A stretch of DNA of 55,879 nucleotides, counting the filler, from Dugesia japonica (taxonomy: Eukaryota): assembly GCA_001938525.1 (NCBI GenBank). It is 5 parts of 5 records of this genome, joined end to end, with 100 filler letters (N's around TTAATTAATTAA, not from the genome) between each part and the next. Parts side by side here need not be neighbours in the genome. Positions count along the whole stretch, not along the records: positions 40,534 to 55,879 come from MQRL01593846.1; 4 more parts are not named here. The stretch is one strand, 5' to 3'. Each line of letters starts with the position of its first letter. Position 1 is the stretch's first letter. Positions 49,543-55,879 of the stretch are shown here, one piece after another. A program made the position numbers and the translations under genes. Under the pieces are notes generated by a model. That model made no database searches. It saw only the letters and a program-made list of their open reading frames with translations, and was not told the DNA's origin.

Positions 49543-50477
49543 ACTAATCTATTTTCCTCTATAATAATTTTTCTTTAAAGACTAATTAAAATTATAAAAA
49601 ATTCTTCTAAAGATTTTGTCTTCTATTATCGAATATTTAAATAAATATTTATAATCTATAATATTAACACCCAAATCTCACATGGACTAACTCTGGAACA
49701 GAGATATATATTATTGACAATTATCAGTAACTAAATTTATTAAAATTTATTCTTTCTACATGAAATAATTTGGATTCAAATTTGTCTTCGTCACTTGAAT
49801 TTTCCAACAGGCATTTTAATAAAACTTTATCTAGATTAGTTCTGAATGTATCGAAAGATTCTTTGTTTTCCATATTGTGTTTTTCTAAAAATTTCCTGTA
49901 ATTTTAATAATTATAAATTACTTATTCGGAGGAGTAAAACCAATATATAGAAAGTGCATATATAGATAAAAATTATTATGTAATCTGGTGTTAGATTAAT
50001 TATGTAATTCTGATAGATTAATTTTTGTTTTATGTGATTAGTAAAATAATAACTACTTAATCTTTAATGTTTGGTGCATTCCAAGTTTTTCAGGTAATGA
50101 TTTTATGTCGATTTTTTGGTAACATACGTTTTAATAAAAAACAAGATATTAATAAAGCAATACATTTAAAAAATAAATGAAAAACAAAGTCGCAGAAGAA
50201 AATAAACACCTATTGATAATTTTTGGGATAACAATGGAAATATTAAAAGATAATATATTTTCAAATTGAATGAAAATTCCAAATTTTAGCTGAATTTTCT
50301 ATGTAAGATATTTTATATAACGCTTGATACTTTGTTTCTTGGGATAGTAATTTCTTAAAGAAGGTTTTAAGTAGATGGAATTACTGTACCAAGGCAGCCA
50401 AAAATACAAGTTAATGATTTACTTTTAAATTCCGGTGTAATGGTTTCTTTTAAGTCTATATATTTTGAAATATTGTT

Positions 50478-50856
50478 TATTAGTTAAATTTAAAGTTTCC
50501 ATAAATTGTTCATTGATTATTACAAGTCTTTTCTTAAAAATAAAAATATCAAATAACAATTCACAAATTTCAAATAAATAATCTGAAAAATCTTAATAAA
50601 ATATTTTTCAAAAATATTGGTTTTTTAAATTCCAAAATAATTATTTTTAAACCTCATTTTAGAAAATAATCTTTAAAATTTTATAATTTAACAACATGTA
50701 AAATTTTATCTTTGTTTTACATATATATTTATTTATTTTTCAACCTTACAATTTTTCAAATTTTATATTTTAAAATTTTCAAAAAAACCAATCTTAATAT
50801 TAAATATATAAATTAAAAAATCTCAGACATCCGAAATTCATGAATCGATACTCACA
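50478..50856 (-). repeat. 3' LTR
   Basis: Direct repeat of 54362-54761; preceded on the minus strand by PPT AAAGAGGGGGA. Confidence 0.92.
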
Positions 50857-50879
50857 TCCCCCTCTTTAAAATTTTTTTT

Positions 50880-53400
50880 AATTTTTCCACATTTCTTTCA
50901 ATCATCTTGCCTTCTGAACTCTTCAACAGGTATCGTCTTTCATGAATCTCTTTTATCACCTCGTAAGGGCATGTGTATCTTTTTTGTCTTTTGATCGGTT
51001 TTCTGCCTTGATTAGCACCTCGTCTCCAACTTGAAAATGTATCTTTGTTGGTGTCAATTCTTCCGATTCTTCCTTCTTTTCTCCATTATTGAACCATCGT
51101 TCTCTATGCATCTTCCTACTGAATACCACTTCTGCTGGACTTATGCCCAAAGTCTTCTGGCTTGTTGAATTTAGAGTATATTCGATTTTTTATATTAACT
51201 CTGCCCAATTTTTATTCTTTTTATCTTTTAATGTTGTATTGATGTAATCTCTGATCGTTCTGAATTGACGTTCTACTATTCCGTTTGTATTATGTCATTT
51301 CTTTGAAGGCTTTCGATTCGAAGATCTTCCCACAATCTACATGTATCTTCATTGGAGCACCAAATCTTAGTATCCATTTATCCATAATCGTTTTCTTTAT
51401 TGTTTCCTCATCTTGTTTAAGTAGGACTGTTAAGCAAATTTATCTGCTAAATTTATCTATTATGGCACATATATATCTGTTTCTTCCTACGTTTTCTTGG
51501 AAGGGCCTACAGATATCAATATAAATACTCTCAAATGGTTCATTAGCCTTTAATTTTATAGTTTCCTCCTTTGTTCTAATTGTTGTTACTTTGTTCATTT
51601 GTCATGCTGTACATTCTTTAATTATTTTTGACACAGTGTCTCTCAAATCTTCCATATCATATTCATTTTTCAAATAATTTATGACTTTTTCCGTGCCTGC
51701 TGGCACCAATAATTTATGGATTTCTTTTACCATTTGAATTTTCTTTTCTGTTGGGATCCATATTTTGCCGTCTTTTGTTTTTCTTATAACTTCTATTAAT
51801 CGAAACTATTTACATGTTCCATTTTTTATATCATTCTTTATCTGTTCAATTTCTTCTACGTTACTTTGCCATTTATATGTATNNNNNNNNNNNNNNNNNN
51901 NNNNNNNNNNNNNNNNNNNNNNNNNNNNNNNNNGATTCTCATGATCTGTTAAGCATTGTACACACGTACCACAATTCATTCTTGACAGCATATCTGCATT
52001 AGTGTGTTTCGAATCTTGTCTAAATTCCAATACCATATCTAGAATACTAAGAAAATTCATCCAAGTGTGAAATTGTGGAGTAATTGGCTTGTTTGTCTTT
52101 TTCATAAATGCTATAACCTTGTTATCTGTTCTCACCAAAAATCCTTTTCCATACAGATAATGTTTAAAATAGTTACAAAAATAGTAAATGGCCAATAATT
52201 CTTTTTTTGTTATACAATATCCCTTTTCATGAGCTGATATTGCATGTGACCCATATGCAATGACTTGTTCTACACCTCTTCNNNNNNNNNNNNNNNNNNN
52301 NNNNNNNNNNNNNNNNNNNNNNNNNNNNNNNNNNNNNNNNNNNNNNNNNNNNNNNNNNNNNAAACTCAATATTGGTGCTTTTGTTAATGCCTCTTTCATC
52401 ACATTAAAAGCTTTATCACAACTTTCCGACCACACAAGTTTAGTATTATTACTTTCAAGCTTCTAGATTTCTTTAAATAGTTATTGATAAACCGTCTATA
52501 GTAATTGCATATTCCCAAAAAGCTTCTCAAGTTCTTTACACATTTAGATCTTCCAAAATGTTTTATCGCTTCAATTTTTGTTGGATCAGTTCGAACTCTA
52601 TTCTTGTCTATGATATGTACTAAAAATTTGACTTCTGCTCTCAATAAATGACATTTTTCCGGATTAATTCTCAATCCTGATTCTTGAATTCTTTTAAAAA
52701 CTTAGTCTAAAATTCTATATTTCTGCTCTAAATTTTCTGATAAAATCAATATATACCATCGTTCCTTTCAATCTTACTTAGATTTTTGTCATTAGTTCTT
52801 GAAACGTTCTAGGTGCTGCAGCTATACCGAAAGGCATTCTTGGGAAACAATACTGTCCATTTTTCGTAGAGAATGCTGTTTTCTCTTGTGAATCTTTATG
52901 TAACGGAACTTGATAATNNNNNNNNNNNNNNNNNNNNNNNNNNNNNNNNNNNNNNNNNNNNNNNNNNNNNNNNNNNNNNNNNNNNNNNNNNNNNNNNNNN
53001 NNNNNNNNNNNNNNNNNNNNNNNNNNNNNNNNNNNNNNNNNNNNNNNNNNNNNNNNNNNNNNNNNNNNNNNNNNNNNNNNNNNATTAACGGAGTGTTCCA
53101 TTGCGAATTACACTTCCTAATAATGTCATTGTCAAACAAATTCTTGATAGCTTCATCGATTTTATTCTTTAAATGCATTGGTTATCTCCATGGTTTCGTA
53201 TTTATTGTTTCTCCATTTGCAATTATTTGATGTTCTGCCATTGTTGTTCTGCCGATATCCCAGTTGTTTGCCATGAATATTCCTTTATGAATTATTATAG
53301 CTTCCTCTAAATTCTCATTTGATTTGTTAATCAATATTTTTATTGCTCTCTGTACTCTATCTTCATCCGTTGTATCATGAAATAACGTGATTTCCATTCA
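50880..53400 (-). pseudogene. Gypsy pol (RT, RNase H, integrase)
   Basis: KTAFST..RMPFGIAAAPRTFQ; LRSFLGICNYYRRFI; YCITKKELLAI..TDNK..ADMLSR; IDICRP..FGAPMKIHVDCG..GIVERQFRTI. Confidence 0.93.
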
Positions 53401-54275
53401 AATTTGTATAATTATTCGTATTATTTGAATAATATCTTTGTTTGCCATTTCCNNNNNNNNNNNNNNNNNNNNNNNNNNNNNNNNNNNNNNNNNNNNNNNN
53501 NNNNNNNNNNNNNNNNNNNNNNNNNNNNNNNNNNNNNNNNNNNNNNNNNNNNNNNNNNNNNNNNNNNNNNNNNNNNNNNNNNNNNNNNNNNNNNNNNNAT
53601 CCACAAGCATAGCACTTTCTTTTTCTTTCTTGACAATTTCTGCTTGCATGACTTATTTTGTTACAGGTCCAGCACGTGATTTCTCGTCTTTCGTGGTTTC
53701 TGTTCTGTTGCATTCCTTCATTGCGATTCATGTTGAAATTTCTTTGTTATGGGCTTCTGCGAACGGGATCTCTGTAGTTACGAGCTACATTTATTCCTTC
53801 GGTTTTTACTTTGTCTTGTATGTCTTTCCATTCTTTTATTGCTTTAAATACATCGTCTACTTTTTCTATTTTTCCTGATTTGATTTTTTGTTTAATGTTT
53901 CTGTCGTTGCAACTATTCATTATTAGCTCTTTTGTTAAGTCCTCTTTGTTCTATTTATGAGACATTAACTTTTCTACCAATCCTTCAATCTTCTTCTTAT
54001 AGATATTTATGTGCTCTTTATTCTTTCGATAATTTAGAGCTTCCTCCATATCTTTAATTATTGTTGATGGTCTAAAGAAAGTCTTTCTGAATATTTCTTC
54101 AAATCCCAATGATTCATCTTCATTTTCATAGATTTCACGCAATTCTTTATCTATGAAAGCAACTACAATCAAACTCCTTTGGCCTTTCTTTATTCCGGTT
54201 ATATCAAAATATTTCGTTGTCTTCAAAATAAATTTTTCGACATCATTGCCTCATTTGAAAATTCCAGGGCTCATG
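53400..54275 (-). pseudogene. Gypsy gag
   Basis: CWTCNKISHASRNC zinc knuckle; ORF 53951-54226. Confidence 0.85.
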
Positions 54276-54361
54276 GCNNNNNNNNNNNNNNNNNNNNNNN
54301 NNNNNNNNNNNNNNNNNNNNNNNNNNNTCTTTTAGCAAATCCAATGATGCGTTGGTCGCCA

Positions 54362-54761
54362 TATTAGTTCAATTTAAAGTCTCACAAGTCTCCATAAATT
54401 GTTTATAGATTATTACAAGTATTTTCTTAAAAATAAAAATATCAAATAACAATTCACAAATTTCAAATAAATAATCTGAAAAATCTTAATAAAATATTTT
54501 TCAAAAATATTGGTTTTTTAAATTCCAAAATAATTATTTTTAAACTTCGTTTTAGAAAATAATTTTTAAAATTTTATAATTTAACACCATGTAAAATTTT
54601 AACTTTAATTTAAAATATCTTAGTTTTACATATATAATTATTTATTTTACAATCTTATAATTATTAAAATTTTATATTTTAAAAATTTCAAAAAAACCAA
54701 TCTTAATATTAAATATATAAATTAAAAAATCTCAGACATCCGAAATTCATGAATCGATACA
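54362..54761 (-). repeat. 5' LTR
   Basis: Direct repeat of 50478-50856, adjacent to the PBS. Confidence 0.92.
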
Positions 54762-54769
54762 TTGTTAAA

Positions 54770-55600
54770 ATCAACATTTTTTGAAATTATCTATGATGTA
54801 AATAGGGCATTTCTTTTCCACCAAGAATATAGTCTGTTTTTCAACATTAGTAATTACTAGATCCATTGAAGGGCTATATTTAGAGATTTAATTAATAGCA
54901 ATAAAAGATGAAGAATTTACAATTATAGATCGAGTGAATTCTCATGGAGTTGTAAGAAGTTTAAAAAACCTTGTACTATCGATTGAATACTATATTCGTT
55001 GCGTAAATTGGTTAGTCCAACATCGCCATTATGAACAGATGCAAATAGAGAATATTTCTCAGAATGATTATGAAGGTTTAAAATTTTTCGAAATTGAACT
55101 ATGAGTTTGCTATTTAAATTAAGTTTGATATTGTTATTACTTTTAGTGTTTTTGAATATTGAGATCTTATTTTAACTTGTTCTGAAAGCGAAACTTATTC
55201 GTGAATGTAAGAACAATTTATAGACAAGAAATTTTTACCAGTTAGTTAGTTTTTCGGTGTCATCAACCAGTTTATTTAATAATTTCGTAAGGAGACTGGT
55301 CAATATTCAGACCTTTTGGAACACTTAAATAGTTATAACATTCTTTATTAGATCTATTTTTGATATGGGAACCATGAATTTGTAAAATAGTATTTGGAGT
55401 TTTACCAATTTCTACAAATGTTCATTTTTCAGGACAATAAAACATTCCAAATTTTAAGAGATGTAAACTGCTTGATTGATAAGTTTTTGTAAATTCGTAG
55501 AGTTATTCGCAATAAGTACAATATCATCAGCATATGCAAATCGTTGTAATTCATTTGAACCTATCATTAACACAAAAAACTATCAAATGAGTTTTTTGCT
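54770..55600 (-). mobile_element. Non-LTR retrotransposon remnant (NeSL/R2-like RT)
   Basis: RFAYADDIVLIANNSTNLQKLI (YADD at about 55523-55534), YNYLSVP.G, W*KF..K.FLHSR, RKILNL..LFAS..GDVGL..L..EYSIQ. Confidence 0.8.
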
Positions 55601-55879
55601 TCTTGAACTATACAATTAAGAAATTATAATTTGATTATAGAAAAAGTAAATTGTAACTATTTATATGTTAATATAAAATTCAATTATTCCATATGTTGTA
55701 GATCTTGTATGCAAATACTGGAATTTTTTGTTAGAGAACTTCGCGATTAAGAATTTCTATTTATACTTTTTGTTTCTAAATTCATAAATTATTCTGGATC
55801 TAGTTAAAGATTTATTCTCTGGGGTAGATTATTCACTAGTTTAGTTTTGGTGTAAATCTTTTACCACAGTGGTGGGCAA

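Larger units (their letters stand above)
50478..54761 (-). mobile_element. Full-length degenerate Ty3/gypsy LTR retrotransposon
   Basis: Paired LTRs, 5-bp TSD TTGTT (50473-50477 and 54762-54766), PBS TGGCGACC ending at 54361, PPT 50857-50867, gag-RT-RH-INT. Confidence 0.95.

Noticed and set aside
52873-53679. Several long ORFs dominated by X
   Set aside because: Artefacts of N runs.

Overview
AT-rich animal genomic DNA, possibly planarian (inferred only from base composition and the Polinton and MATH-gene content). It is five separate contigs joined by artificial 100-bp N44-TTAATTAATTAA-N44 linkers (10826, 19022, 28545, 40434), so adjacency across those points is unproven. Most of the window is decayed Polinton/Maverick (adintovirus-like) endogenous DNA virus sequence from two lineages. 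Family A (pieces at 0.7-1.7, 5.4-7.3, 13.0-13.8, 19.2-28.2 and 28.7-30.2 kb) has a pX-like core protein, penton, cysteine protease, fibre-like protein, YPxL membrane protein, packaging ATPase, integrase, parvovirus-type PLA2 and major capsid protein. Family B (32-40.2 kb) has a vertebrate-Maverick-type ATPase, PW-like protein, chromo-integrase, minor and major capsid proteins, protease and pPolB, is partly duplicated, and carries a compact TATA-binding-protein-like pseudogene that the ORF track misses (32059-32495, minus). Polinton-type AGTAG termini are nested inside other Polinton genes. Also present: two Ty3/gypsy elements, mariner and Tc1 remnants, a NeSL/R2-like non-LTR remnant, a poly-SIM ORF, and three intact phase-1 host exons that would splice into an unusual Ig - coiled coil - MATH protein. 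Pseudogene boundaries are approximate and all homology calls come from motif recognition by eye.
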